This document shows, one piece after another, positions 11,401-25,346 of a stretch of 64,000 nt of DNA. The notes under the pieces were generated by a model, which did not search any database, was not told the origin of the DNA, and saw nothing but the letters and a program-made list of their open reading frames with translations. Source of the stretch: Zygnema circumcarinatum SAG 698-1b (Eukaryota > Plantae > Zygnematophyceae); assembly GCA_037447605.1 (NCBI GenBank), contig CM074814.1:992001-1056000 (forward strand), given 5' to 3'. The translations under genes and the position numbers were made by a program. The stretch's first letter is position 1. Each line of letters begins with the position of its first letter.

Positions 11401-14400
11401 AACGACCAAAGAACCCGTCGATGGGTTTCATGTTTTAGAACTGGTTCTACTTCCATACGATGCACTGCAGGAAGTGGGGTTTGCTGATCGGAGAAGTCTG
11501 CTGCATGTTAGAGACATCAATGAAGCGAAGTGGGGTTAACTTTGATCTGTTTTGCTCATTGTGGTTACAGAACTTCTGGCCTTGATTTGATGTCTCTTAG
11601 CGCATCGATCGCTAGCAAAAAGAAAAAAGCAGAGATGATCTCAGAACTTGCTCGTTCATCAGAGCTGGATCAGGATTCTGAATCAACTGCAACTGTACCA
11701 GAGAGAGCGAGCACCAGCCCGGAGGTAGATACATACACTTCAGAGTCTAAAGTAGAACCAGCTGGAAATTCAGAAACTTCAATCAAAGCAAGCAACATGG
11801 ATGCACCAGCTACCAACGGTGTCATGGACTTGGGAACAAAGGCCAATGAAGTCGGTACAGAAGCGAGTAACTCTATGCTAAGGACTGATAAGTCATCGCT
11901 TATAGACGGATCAGCAGTGAGGGAAACTGAAGGAGTATCGGCTCTGGCTACTCCACCTGTACAATCATCACTTGAACTCGAGCATCCTCCTGACGCTCTT
12001 GAATTTGAGTTCATTGACTACTCTAAGCCTGGACAACCGCGCTCCCTCTCAAGAACCAAGAGCGTTGTGGAGACTGAGAAGCCCAACGAGAGGCCTCGTG
12101 AAAGTCTTGTAGAAGCCGCCAAGCGGTTTCGACAATCTGCAGCATTTAGCACCTTCAAAGTGTTCACGCCAATCCCTATGCCGCCCCCCCAAGGCTTTGT
12201 GCCAGGGATGACGAGTCCGCTAGCTGCTGCGACAAACTTACATCTCGCGACAACATCAGTGGAGGCTGTGGAAGATAAAGAGGCGACAATTTTGCAGCTG
12301 CGCAAGGAAAATGAGGAGCTTTTCCATGACATTCGGTTAAAGCAACAAGAGCTGGAGGCTATATCCATGGTAAACAGTTGTATATTCATGTGAAAGTGGG
12401 CGGGAGCATCGTGTGAGCTGCTTGCGGGTTCGCTTCTCTTGGATTGAAAAAAGCAGTATTTCAAGTCATGGGTGATGATGCGCTCTGTGCATCAGGGTTC
12501 TGCAACTGTGCCACCTTTACTTTGGGATTTTGGTACTGTCTATGATAGGAAAGGAGTGGAGAGGTGCTAGAGGCGACTTCTACACTGATTTGCAGTGTTT
12601 GCTGCTGAACCTTTGACTTGCTTGGTTGCATTGTTGGTGAATTACTTGATCGGGTGTTGGCCCTGCAGAGGGAGAGTCGGCTTCAGGAGGAATTCAAGCG
12701 TGTGACCCAAACGGAGCTATTACGGATCAAGGGTGCACTCGTGAGTTATTAGACATGAAATTAAAATTGCAGTGTGGTCGTGGCAGTTGTTACCTAGTAG
12801 CAAGCCTTCGTTAGCATTTTGCGGGGAGTGACCCTCTGACTTATATCAATGCAGTTATGCTTGTAGACATACTCTCCAGTGACAAATACACACTTTCATG
12901 GAATGTCTTGGAGTCAAATCCTTTGTCGCTAAGTACATTATCCCCAGCATAAGCTTATGGTTCGGAGATTTGTGAGCTAGATGAGTCTTGAGAGTGGAAA
13001 TTAGAATGAGGACCGTGTGACAGTGTTATAGGGAACACATGGTGTAGATGCGGATGTTGATCACTCCAGAATGAAACGAATGTCAGTCTCTCATTGGTGA
13101 GGGGAGATTGGAGATGCAGGAAGCTCGAGAAGCAGAGCTAGCGAGCATGGTGAAGGAGTTGGAGGAAGCGAAGGTGAGACTTGATAGCCAGTTTACAGCC
13201 TCTGAGTTGTGTGTGATTGAATTTCTAATTGGGAGATTGGACACTGTGAAAAGAAGGATGTCGTGACTTTGTGGCAATGACGTTGGCATTGACGACGAGG
13301 CTGAGGATGAGTTGGCTAAAGTTGGACATGAGAACGAAAATATCATCCAACAAGGAATGCGTGTGTGAGGAGAATCAATGTGGATGATGAAGGAAACCTT
13401 TGTGTTGGGTGAATTTTGTGATACAGGGACAATTTGCAGACATGCGAGCGAAGGCTATGACGGAGTTAAATCAGATGCAGCAGGTGCTGGCGGAGAAGGA
13501 TGTTTGTCTGCAAAGGGCTGAGGGGGCCCTCGCTAAAATGATACTTGTAAGCATGAAACTGACGAATAGGGTTATTATTGTGATTGACACCCATTTCGCC
13601 ACTGCATCGTGGGTGTGTGGAGTTTCAAGTGCTGCTTCTCCTTTCCATTACCATTGTGCAGTATAATAGACAAGTACAAATCAACCGTGAAGGTGGTCAA
13701 CAGTTGCTCTGAAACTTCTCTGTCTTGACCGGGGGCCCCTTACGCGGTTGACATAAAAGTGCAGGAGCGCAGATTTTTATGGAGAATGCTGAGTTCAATT
13801 CTGTGCTGGACGAGGTGCAGGTAAAGATGGAGTACTGGGGAGGTGGAAACCAAATACAGTTAGCAGGCAGTTTTAACGGTTGGACACAATACATGGACAT
13901 GCAGCCAGACCTCACATCTGCTATTCCTCAAGAGGATGGTTCCAAGTATGACTGCCACTTTCACATTCCTCAGATTCCTTTGAAAGTCAGCTGCATATTG
14001 CTCATCGATAGCTCCTCTTGTCCAGCTTTCTTCTTCAATCATTTGTCATCACTTTCGCACATCGTGGAATAATTATAGACCGTCGCCTGCTGCTCATTTG
14101 GCGCACGGACAGGGAGGAGAGAGGCAGTCAGAGAGGGGGGAGAGAGGGAGAGTGTCTGAGTGGATATCAAAGTGTCAGGAATAACGAGAAAGCAAGTGAG
14201 ATAGTAGAAAACGGGGGGGGAGAGGGGCGGCGTCATTCCTTTTCATTTTTCATTTCTTTCTCTGAAGCATTTTTTTCTACTCCAAGAACTTTATAGTACT
14301 CTCTTTTACTACCCGCGTCATTAAGTTTTGTTCAAATTAGAGTGCGTCTAACACTGTTTTTCTCTTTGTATTTCTTTACCAGCGGACCGTTGATGTGGGA

Positions 14401-15016
14401 GGTGGAGCTCTACCTTTACCCTGGGATGTATCAGGCAAGCACTGATAAGCTGAGACCGGCATAAGTTTTTTTGCTATAAATTATGAAGCATGCCGCTCTA
14501 TGTGAAGTAGTCGGGTCTCACTCTATCCTTACTGTCACTGCTCTTTGTAAATTGCAATAACTCCAGATAACCATACAATCAAACTGATGCCCGAAAAACA
14601 ATGCAAACAGAAATGGTAGAGACCCATATGGTATAGTTAAGTAGACGGCTGCCGAAAATCTTTTCATTTGAAGTTTGACAGAACAGGAAATCGGACATAA
14701 ACAATTTCATCTGTCTTTCATTTCCTTTTTTTCAATTCCAAGCTAGGTAGAATTGGCTGCTAACGATCTTGTCCAATATTGTACAGACAATTGGTAAGGA
14801 GCAAGTTTTCTATGTCACCACAAAACAGAAACCAAAGCCATGTCCAGAGTTTTCTTGAAAGTCTACTATCTCCGTGGATCTGACCAAACCCCAATGTTTC
14901 ATGTAATGGCCCTGCAGGTGAAGTTTGTCATTGACGGTGTTTGGACTGTTGATCCGCGACGTGACGTTGTAGCCGGCGATGTCGGCCAAAACAATCTACT
15001 TGTAGTCGAACCTTAA
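8500..15016 (+). CDS. PTST2/3: PROTEIN TARGETING TO STARCH 2/3 (FLO6)-like coiled-coil plus CBM48 protein
   Basis: N-terminal FVARLLEFLRASGIPPDPVPTARKLEKIGR|KDLADGVRTRGIRMVRQLL resembles the PTST2/3 N-terminal motif. Central coiled-coil exons. C-terminal CBM48: LAGSFNGW...WEVELYLYPGMYQ|VKFVIDGVWTVDPRR...NNLLVVEP*. Start codon tentative (transit-peptide-like). Confidence 0.85.
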
Positions 15017-16146
15017 GGCACAAGGACCTGCTCACCTTCAGTCTCCCTCCTATTCCACCAAAGTCATGGAGACTCATATTATATCGTGGGTATCCAGACT
15101 TGCGTGCTACATCCTCGGTCTAATGACTATTTCGCCAAGCTATAGAAGTTCATATCGTATCGTGTGTATTCAGACTATATACGGTGCTGCCGGCTCCCCA
15201 TCCCCGTGACGACCAGTTAACCCCCTAATGTCTGGGAGCCGAACAGCGCTTGGTCATGTTTTGATCACGAAGAGCGACCGCCTCCAAATGACTTTTGTCC
15301 TCCCCTGCCTCCCTTGTAAGACGTGCAAAACCAGCTGCGCATTTAAATGAGCTGCTGAATGCATGTAGAGGCTCTTTGCAAATAGTTTTCTAGTAGAAAT
15401 TTGTTACTTTAGCAAACATGCGGCTTGTCGGGTAGATTAGCTATGTGTATTGGGTCTTCCTCTATACACGTGTGAGATATGATGGGGGACAGCCAACTTC
15501 CAGGCATGGAGAGGCGCTGAAACATGGCAGGACATGAAAATCGACAGTTTTTTCCTTGATATCACTCTTCCTAACAAAATATAGAGTCACCTTTAGATTT
15601 CGGGTCTGTTCCCCGTTGTTTTTTTTGTGTCTATTGCTTGTACTTCACATTCTCTCGATATGGAAGCTTGATATAGCACCATCCCCTCCTTGAAGCTATG
15701 AGAGTGAGATGTTGTGTTTGTAAGTGTTTGTGGCTGCTCCAACCTGTCGCCATTAGAAAGATCTTCATTCGACTACAACATTAATAATCTTGTGAGGTTG
15801 CAAATGGAGAGAGAGCAAGAAAGGGAGAAGCGCATGAGGACGAGAAAGAAACGGGAGAGGAAAGGCCAAACTCAAAATAACAATCCTCCACTCGCAAGGA
15901 TCTGGACAAGACAGCGTGCAAGCCCCTGCCTGCCCGCCCCCATAAAGACACCTTGTCCTCCTCCACCCCACCACAAGCCCAAGAGGCCTCCCCTGTACAC
16001 GGCCTGCGCTCCCCAAAGCCCCCATGGCTGCCAGACAACCTACCGCGCTATTCCCACTCTAAGAAGCTCAATCCACACATCAGAATTGTCCCCCTTCTGC
16101 AGCTGACACGCCTTTCTTCAGGATTAACAAAGGTGGGGGGAAAGAA

Positions 16147-17264
<1,118 letters not shown>

Positions 17265-18388
17265 CTACCAAGCTCCACCAACCCCTCCTTATAACTGAAG
17301 TCTTCCTGCAGACGGCGAAGACAGATACCTCCGTTAGGCTTTGCAGCAGCAGGGCCCTAAGCAGGAAACGAGGGCACTTCTCTTCTCCTCGCTATTCCCC
17401 TCTCTCCCTCTCTCTCCTCTCTCTCTTCCTCTCTCCCTCAGTCTCCCTTTCTCTCCTCTTTCTCTCCCTCTCTCCCTCTCTCCCACTCTCCCTCACTCTC
17501 CCTCACCAGGGCAGTACAGAGCGAGCAAACCCTAAAGGCCGTCCTGCTTTCGCCCCAGCTCCTGCGCCTGCAGTGCTGCCACTGCAGGCACTGTACGGAC
17601 ACCAGAAACGGTCGTACGAAACCTTCGTTCTGTACTAATCGGTACCGATAGTGTACGGTAACGACAGAAGTCGACCCAAACTGGTGGAGCAGCTCCAATT
17701 GCCTGCAGAGGGCAGCAAAAATAATGTTTCTACTGTCTTCCGGGCAGTAGAAACTCTTACATTTTTTATCCGACGGTAGGCTTTGTTTTCCTTTGCGGCT
17801 AAATTTGGAAACCGGGCAGAGGAGTAAAACGTTTTTACGAGAAGCTACTGTGACAAGAAGAGAAAATTTTCGCAGGTCACTGGCCGGCTCCTTGCTGCTT
17901 GCTGCCACCGGCCGACAACCGCAGTGACCGGCTGTCACCGCCGGTTACGTTCTGTACGGAATGTCAGTCGCCCGCGGCCCGAGGCTTCCGGAACCTTTCG
18001 ATGACAGCCACGTCCACAAAACGACAAGAGTATGGTGCTGTCATATATGACGTCATGTATCGAGCGTTGAGATCTGTTTTGGTAACTGATCTTTAACTGC
18101 GAGCATAGAGACGGATCTTAATTCCTGGAAGAGCCTGCCTCCCAATTTTCCCACTTCTCTTCTCTTTCTATTTCTCTCCCTCTTCTCTACTGTACACTGA
18201 CAGAGCCAGTAAGCGCCAGAAACCCCTTGTTCTATCACACCATCGCCCAGCCAGTTTGCAGAACAGGCCGCGCTCCTCGCTCTTCTGCAGCCATCCTGAG
18301 CAGGCAGCGGGGCAGGAGCACGGGGCAGTGTGGAGCACTCTGAGAGGAACAAGAATGCGTTGAAGCTGAGTTTAGGGTTTCAGGGGCC

Positions 18389-21300
18389 ATGCTGGGAGGG
18401 AGCGGGAAAAGGAAAGTTCTGACCACAGGGCCGCAGCCTCAGCAGCACTATGAGGGGCAGAGCAGCCACGAGTCTCTGCCGCGCCTGCAGACCCCTCCCA
18501 ACGCAGCGCACATCCCCGAAAACTATGCGGACATTGCAGGCTTGGAGTATCCGCCAGCGCTCTACGCCGCCATGGAGCAGTACCTGCCGGCCCACCTGTT
18601 GGGACTTTCTCGGGAGGAGAAGATCACATACATTGAAAGAGTTTTGACAAAGTACAGACCAGATGGAGAGCGGACCAGGGTAATTTTAGGGATGAAGCTT
18701 GTGGGGTTGCGGTCAATCAATAAATGACGATCTATCTGAAGGGAAAAAGAAAAAGCGCAAAAACGTACATATGTATGTAATGAACTGCTAGGGTTTCTTG
18801 ATGCTTCGGATGTGGGCTAGGGTTTACTTGGCGGTATTTCGGTCAATTGAAGGCAACCCTACTCTTGGCGCTCTGTTTGTCTTTCCTGCTCAAATTGACC
18901 CATTTTTTAAGGTGTGAAGTCGGTGTTTTGTGTTTTGGTGCTTTGAAGGCAATTCCATTCTCGCTCCTCACCAACATGTGAACTACATTCAATTTTTTCA
19001 AAGGGTTCTTTGTTGGGTTGTTTGGATGGCTCTTTCTGCAGAAGCATAGGGATTATAGGGAGCGGATACGACAAAGTTACCAGGTGAATACACCATGAAT
19101 TGCTTTTGGCTAGACCTTAGTACAAGTTTACTCAAATATAACGGAACGTCATCACTTGTAAAGTAGCCAAAGGAACGCATTTATTCTAGATGTTTCTGAG
19201 TTACGGTAGTTGCATGCCATTAAATAGTAGCGCCTGCATCACAAAAGTTATCGATGCAGACAATCTCAACTGACATAACAGAAGCCTCGCCTTTGTACAG
19301 TTAAGGAGGGACCTTTTAGATTGTTAAGGGTTTCTACCGTTACCAGGGCAACTATCCATTTTTAGGCGACGCATTTCATGGAATTACTGCGCCACATAAT
19401 CATCGTGATTAGGTAGGGCAGGAACCCACGTTGTTTTGGCCAGACTTAGACTGGTTGGCATTAGCAGCGAAATCACAAGCATCAGCCAACAAACGCGTTC
19501 CAGTTTTCTAGCCAAGTCGTTACATTGTTTTGTTATAGCACTGTCATCGTAGGGAAAGAGTGGGGCGGCTAACTATGCTTCCCACTAAACACAATAGGGA
19601 GGGAAAGGGCGAGGGGACCAGAGGCAGAGGAGGGAGGGGGGGGGGGGAAGGAGGGAGAAAGCCATCAAAAGAGAGGGAGAAAGGGAGAGACGGAGAGAGA
19701 TACATGAGCGGTTGATGTTAATCAACCCTTTCCTTGCATGAACTGACATTGTTCGGCTGGACTTTTTGCGTGACAGCCAATGCATGTTGAGCTCTACCAG
19801 CTCGATCCTGGAAGCTTTCTGGTCGATTCCTTTTATGAAGCGGTCGCTAAGGGCACCACCGATGCTTTGAAGAGCGTGCTCGTAGAGCATGCTCCGGGCC
19901 TGTACACGCTGGACATGCTCAATCCGGGCTTCTGCTCCATGGTGCTGGAAGAGGTGAGGGCCGTGAACCTGCTTTCGCAAGTCTCCTTAACTATGCAGTC
20001 GTCAAACAGGAACAAGGAGGAGCATGTTTTTGGGATTTTTGGAATGTGGGGTTTCGGGGAATGCTGTTGGGGGGATTCTCTTGATCATGAACACGCACAT
20101 GAGGGCAGGCTGAATTAAAGTGTGAGCAGGGCAGTATCTATAATAGCACCTTTTGGTGGTTTGGTTCTATGGAGGGATTTGTATTTATGTCTGGCCTAAT
20201 GATGTGAGCAGGTAGAACATTTTGAGAAGTGGGCTACAAAAGCGAAGGTAAAGATAATGAGACCAAATACAATGAACAACTATGGAGCTGTGCTGGATGA
20301 CTTGGGTATGGATGGCATGCTGAACGAGCTCATGAGAAAGTATATTTCACCCATGGCTGCAGGTATAGACCCTATCCTCAGTGCAAAAGTACAAGCTCAA
20401 CCTTTTCATAAGAACTTGCTTTTAGGATTGCATAAGAAATGTCGCAGGTGTTCTGATTCCATCATTAAGCTTCTCTTCCTTCTCTACTGAACAGCACTGC
20501 ACTGCATTTCTTCATGTCGCAGTGTTGTTTCCAAATGTGGGAGGCGCCACGCTCGACTCACATCATGGCTTCGTTGTGGAATACAGCTTAGATCGAGACC
20601 TCGAACTCGGTATAACTTTCTTCCTTCCCTTTTCCTCAGCTATGAATATTGCTGATGTATCCCAAGAATATGCAGGCAACCTCTATTCCAAATAGCATAT
20701 TTCTCTCTCCCCCCCGCCCCTACCCCTCTCTCTCTCTCCCTCCCTCACCCTCCCTCTCCCTCTCTCTCTCTTCCCTCTCTCTCTCCCTCTTTCTCGCTCT
20801 CCACCCTGTGCATCCATCCTCATTCTGTTACGCCCTTCTACTGCGCGATGTCCGGCAGGCTTTCACGTGGACGACTCCGAGGTGACCCTGAACGTGTGCC
20901 TCGGGGAGGAGTTCGCAGGCGGAGAGCTCTTCTTCCGCGGAGTGCGATGCGACAAGCACGTCAACGGGGAGGTCAGACCCGAGGTCCGCCTGCGCCCNNN
21001 NNNNNNNCTCCCCTCCCTCCCCTTTCAGCGCTTCAGAGGCGAGGAATGCATGCGGATTCCATATACCATTAACAGCGTCCTGTTTTTTTGGGGGGTTGTT
21101 TCTGCAGGAGTTTCTGGAGTACTCCCACGTTCCCGGTCGGGCGATTCTGCACGCGGGGAGGCATCGGCACGGGGCGAAAGCGATCCTTGCGGGACAGAGA
21201 GCCAATCTTATCATGTGGTGCCGAAGGTGACATGGAAACCTGTTTCTGTGCAGTTTAACTAGATACGTTATTTAGTTTTGGTACAGAAGGGTTAAATCTG

Positions 21301-21529
21301 ACTTGCAGAGTAACTCGCATGTTTCTCTTTCCTCTCTCTCTCGCTCCTCCCGCTTCCCTTTTCCTTTATCCTTTTTTGTTTTGTTATTGATGTGCGTGTG
21401 AACAGCTCGGCGTTTAGGGAGCTGAAAAAGTACCAGCGCGATTTTTCGGGATGGTGTACGGAGTGTTCCATGTACAAAGAGGAGAGAAGGAAGCGGCTGT
21501 CCAACGCAAAACGCCAACTGGCGGGGTAA
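18389..21529 (+). CDS. ICU11/CP2: 2-oxoglutarate/Fe(II) dioxygenase of the INCURVATA11 / CUPULIFORMIS2 family
   Basis: Spliced motifs: MEQYLPAHLL, KHRDYRERI, IMRPNTMNNYGAVLDDLG, TLDSHHGFVVEY, FHVDDSEVTLNVCLG...GGELFFRGVRCDKHVN, HVPGRAILHAGRHRHGA, WCR|SSAFRELKKYQRDFSGWC. HxD...H iron triad intact. Confidence 0.9.
20998..21007. other. Assembly gap (10 N) inside an intron
   Basis: Run of N in a C-rich intronic tract of the ICU11-like gene. Confidence 0.99.
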
Positions 21530-22429
21530 AGCGGCGCATGGAGACAGACGGCACACGGGCCGTTGTGTATTACAATCTTCTTTTTTGATCGCTGCCATGT
21601 GCTCTGACCTAATACTGCTCCTCCTTGTTTTGACTCGTCCCTTTGGGGATCTGTAATTACTCCGATTACTGTAACTCTTGTCAAGTTGGGGTTGTGCAAA
21701 TGGTTTGCCTTCGGAAGCAGAGAGAGAGGATGTATGATGAAAGGAGAGCGAATGGGGCGGAGGGGCACTCCATGTTCACTGCCATACCGTTGATGCTCTG
21801 AACTCTCGCTCTGTCACATGGAACAACCCCCCAGAACTGAAGCTGCATACATGTATGCATGTATGAATGTATGCATGCATGTATGCTTGCATGAAGTACT
21901 CTTTCTGGTCTCAAACTTACGAACAACTTTTTAAGTCCGCCTCCCCCCAGTGGACTCGTGCTCGTCGCTGTCAAAATTTTGGACGTCCAAAGAGAGAGTG
22001 GAAGGTGGCATTGATCTCACGATGGCGAGGCCATGAAAGTGACAAAATCGACAACATGGGGAACCACGAGGAACAACTGGTCGAAAAGGACCTATGGACA
22101 AACTAAAGAACCCTCAAAACTTTGTGGGAGCGGGCGGGCGGCGGCGCTCTAACGTCCACAAACGGCGCTACCCGAGAACCACGAGCAAAGAGAGGGCTAC
22201 GGTACCGCACGTGCGGGGAGGCGGAAGTAGCCGTTGAAATAACGACGAGCACCTCTGTACGGCGTGACAGCACACGTACTTCACTCCGTACGGATGGCAA
22301 CCGGCGGCAGTTCGGACCTCAACAGAATTCTGTTGGCGAGAGCGGGAAGGAACGCGACAAAAACGTTTTGACTCACTTGTCGGATAGGGGGCGTCTTCAC
22401 CAATGGGAGCTTACCAGGTGTGGGCTTGG

Positions 22430-23070
22430 GGACACGTGGCATATGTGCATGCACGTCCGGCGGCTCTGTGGCAGATTCGATGAATCCGTACGGAAAGTCA
22501 CGAGAAGTCGCCCTTATCCACTTGCCACGTTGCACAAGATGCCAGATACCAGATCTCGTATGTACGAATTTAAATGTACGAAAATCTGCCGCCCGATATC
22601 TCGCGAGCGGGCGAGATCTTTTGTGAAGCGTCGGTCCAAATCCAGCCTGTACCCTATTGGGCAGGCCCAAACATTTTCAACCGCTGGCCCTTCCGCATGA
22701 CGGCTCCCTATTGGCTGTCTTGACGCGGCGGCCATCCAGGGCAGGCCTAAAATCCGTCTCCTCCCCCCCTTCCCTCTGGCCGAGCCCCCCGCCCTGCCGC
22801 CCGGGCCCGGCTAGCCGCCAAACCCACCGACCCCCCCGCCCCCCGTTACCGCCATAACCTGCCGTTTAATTTTCCCCTTCGCATGCTGCCAGGACGTTCG
22901 TACAACCTTCTATTTGTCCGACGTGGCGCCACGTGTTGGCACGCGGCGCCGCGCAAGCCGGCCACGCCAATGGAAGGCCTCGGCGGGCGGGGGCAGGAGA
23001 AAGCAACAGAGCCGCCCGGGCCCGGGGGGCGCCGAGGCCTCCCATTGGGCCCCGCCCTTATCGCACGTGC
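22430..23070 (+). promoter_or_regulatory. G-box / I-box / CCAAT-rich promoter upstream of the secreted orphan gene
   Basis: GACACGTGGC (about 22431), CTTATCCA (about 22513), ACGTGGCGCCACGTG (22921-22935), GCCAAT (about 22966), CCTTATCGCACGTG (about 23055), followed by a CT-rich 5' leader. Confidence 0.45.
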
Positions 23071-23359
23071 CAAAACCGCCGCCTCTCGCTAGGCGCACCC
23101 CTCTCCCGCGCCGCGCCCTCCTCCCTCACGGCAGCTCTCTCCCCCCTCCCTCCCGCCGCGGCAGCCCCTCTGCTCTCTCCGAATATTAGGGTTGCGGGCT
23201 GGGGCCTCACTCTGTCCCTCTCTCTCTCTCTCCCACTTTCTCTCCCTCTATTCCCTTTCTGTACTACCTCCAGCGCGCAGTTTCACTGGTCCCGCTCCTC
23301 TCGCTCGTTCTCTCCCTCTATCCTCTTATCCTGGGCTCCCTTTCGCTATCTCTCACGCG

Positions 23360-24013
23360 ATGGGGGCACCAAGTATCGCTGTTGCTTCGCTCTCCTTTGC
23401 TGCAACAGCGATGCTCGTGCTTTCAACCATGGCGGTACGCTCAGCAGGTCCTGCAGTGTCATCATTCGGAACGTTTGAAAGCTTCCAGGAGCGTCTCAGC
23501 CCATTGATATTGAGAGCCTCAGCAATGAAACTCTTCTCTCAAAATGCGGAGCGCGAACGCGCCCCTCTGTCTGCAGGCGCCACCGCGAGCAGGATCAGAA
23601 AGCTTGCAAGGAAACTTGGAAGCTTCCAGAAGTTGGAGGAGGAGGCGCTGCAGAGTTTAGGGTTTGTGGAGGCGTCCTTGGGAGGGGCCAGCGGGGCTAC
23701 ACAGAGGCGCCGTCTCAGATCCGTAGAGACGCCGCTTCCTACGGAAACTGAAACTGTGTTGGCTGGGGAGGCAGGCTCCATTAATCCTTTTGGCCGTGGG
23801 GAGGAGGGGTTCCAAGAAGAGCATGTGACCTTTGGTGAGGAGGACGGGTTCATGGGGTATGAGAGCTTGGACTGGTCGCACCTGGTGAAGAAAATTACGG
23901 ACAGAATGGGGGGAGAGGGGGAGGCGTGGGAGAGCGTGAAGGAGGGAGAGGTAGCGCAGGCACGGCGGAAGGCGGTAGCGACAGGTTGGAGGTGGCTGAG
24001 GGGGGGCTCATAG
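23360..24013 (+). CDS. Intronless hypothetical protein with signal-peptide-like N-terminus, 217 aa
   Basis: Uninterrupted ORF after a CT-rich leader and before a GA-rich trailer. Hydrophobic N-terminus MGAPSIAVASLSFAATAMLVLSTMAVRSA. No recognised family. Confidence 0.6.
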   Translation: MGAPSIAVASLSFAATAMLVLSTMAVRSAGPAVSSFGTFESFQERLSPLILRASAMKLFSQNAERERAPLSAGATASRIRKLARKLGSFQKLEEEALQSLGFVEASLGGASGATQRRRLRSVETPLPTETETVLAGEAGSINPFGRGEEGFQEEHVTFGEEDGFMGYESLDWSHLVKKITDRMGGEGEAWESVKEGEVAQARRKAVATGWRWLRGGS

Positions 24014-25250
24014 TGGGAGAGAGGGGGGAAAGTGGGAAGAGAGAAGTCGAGGGAGACGGGGAGGAAGGAGAAAAAGAGGAGGAGAGGGGAAGGCAGTGCG
24101 AGAGAGAGGTTTGAGAAATGGAGAGGAAAGAGAATGTTCCCTATGGAAAACGGAGCTTGAGGGAGGACATGTGTTAGTAACTTCATGCCTTGTTTTCAGC
24201 AAGCAGAATAGAGAATACGATATGCTGCGGTTACGACGAGGTAACTAAGGTTTGAGTGCAGGTCCTTTGAGAAGTGTGCGATTGCCCTAAAGCAGGAGAC
24301 GCGCACATGTGATCATCAACGCCGGGATGATCATGACGGAGCAATTAGAGCAACTCTGGATTAAGGGTTAAGGTTGTCTTTTTTAATTTTTAATTGTAGG
24401 ATAGTCCGGTGCTATGCATGTACCATAGCGATGCTGCCATGCATGGCAGCCATGCGATAGATTTTGTAGGAGGCAGCTTGTAAAGAGAAGCTCGGATTGC
24501 TGTACACTTGGGTCGAAGCCCCGCAAATTGCGTTGCTTTGGTTCTCTAGACCAGAGCAGTGGGCGTAGGAAATAGAGTGGGAAAATTTCAGGGCCTTTTC
24601 AGCCCTGCACAATGTGCAGTATTGGGTGAATGCAGGCCACTCGAGAGCTAAGAGTATATCAGGAATTTAGTCAAAATGTCGGAGGTTTCCGGGCTGTTGA
24701 GGACGAAACCAGTATTTCATAGTGCTGAGAGTTCGGGGTTTCCGGTTTTTATGCATTGCGCGACTCTTGCACGGTGGGCATGGCCATCGTGGGGTCAATG
24801 CCAACTCCAATTCTCTTTCTCTCAATTTTCTTTCAATTCTTTTTCTTTCTCTTTCTTTGTTTTGTCATAATGATTCCAAGACTGTTTTTGGGGATCTGAG
24901 TTGGACTTGTGGTGGTGGGATTCCCTGAATTCCATGAACGGTGCTCGTGGTTTTCTGTTTCTGGGCTCTGCCGAGCTCCCTGTGAGTAGAGAGGGACCAT
25001 TCATTTGAATGACCTATTCGGGTGCTAAAGCGTTTGCCAAGAGGACCGCGCCCTCGCCAGGCCATGCCGATAGAGCCGTACTCCGTTTTTATTTGCGCTT
25101 TAAGTGGGTCAGCTCGCGCACCCCTCCCTCCCTGGTCGGAGGATGAGTCCGTCCATGCCTCGCGAGCGAGCGAGCGAGGCAGAGCAGCCCACGGGGGAAG
25201 GCTGGGCCGGCCTGCGAGCGAGCGGGGCATGGGGGGGCATGGCATGGACT

Positions 25251-25346
25251 CATGGGCATGGGCATGGGCATAGGCATGGGCATGGGCATGGGCATGGGCA
25301 TAGGCATGGGCATGGGCATGGGCATAGGCATGGGCATGGGCATGGG
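25251..25346. repeat. Hexamer microsatellite (CATGGG)13(CATAGG)3
   Basis: 16 contiguous units; CATAGG variants at units 4, 9 and 13. Confidence 0.95.
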
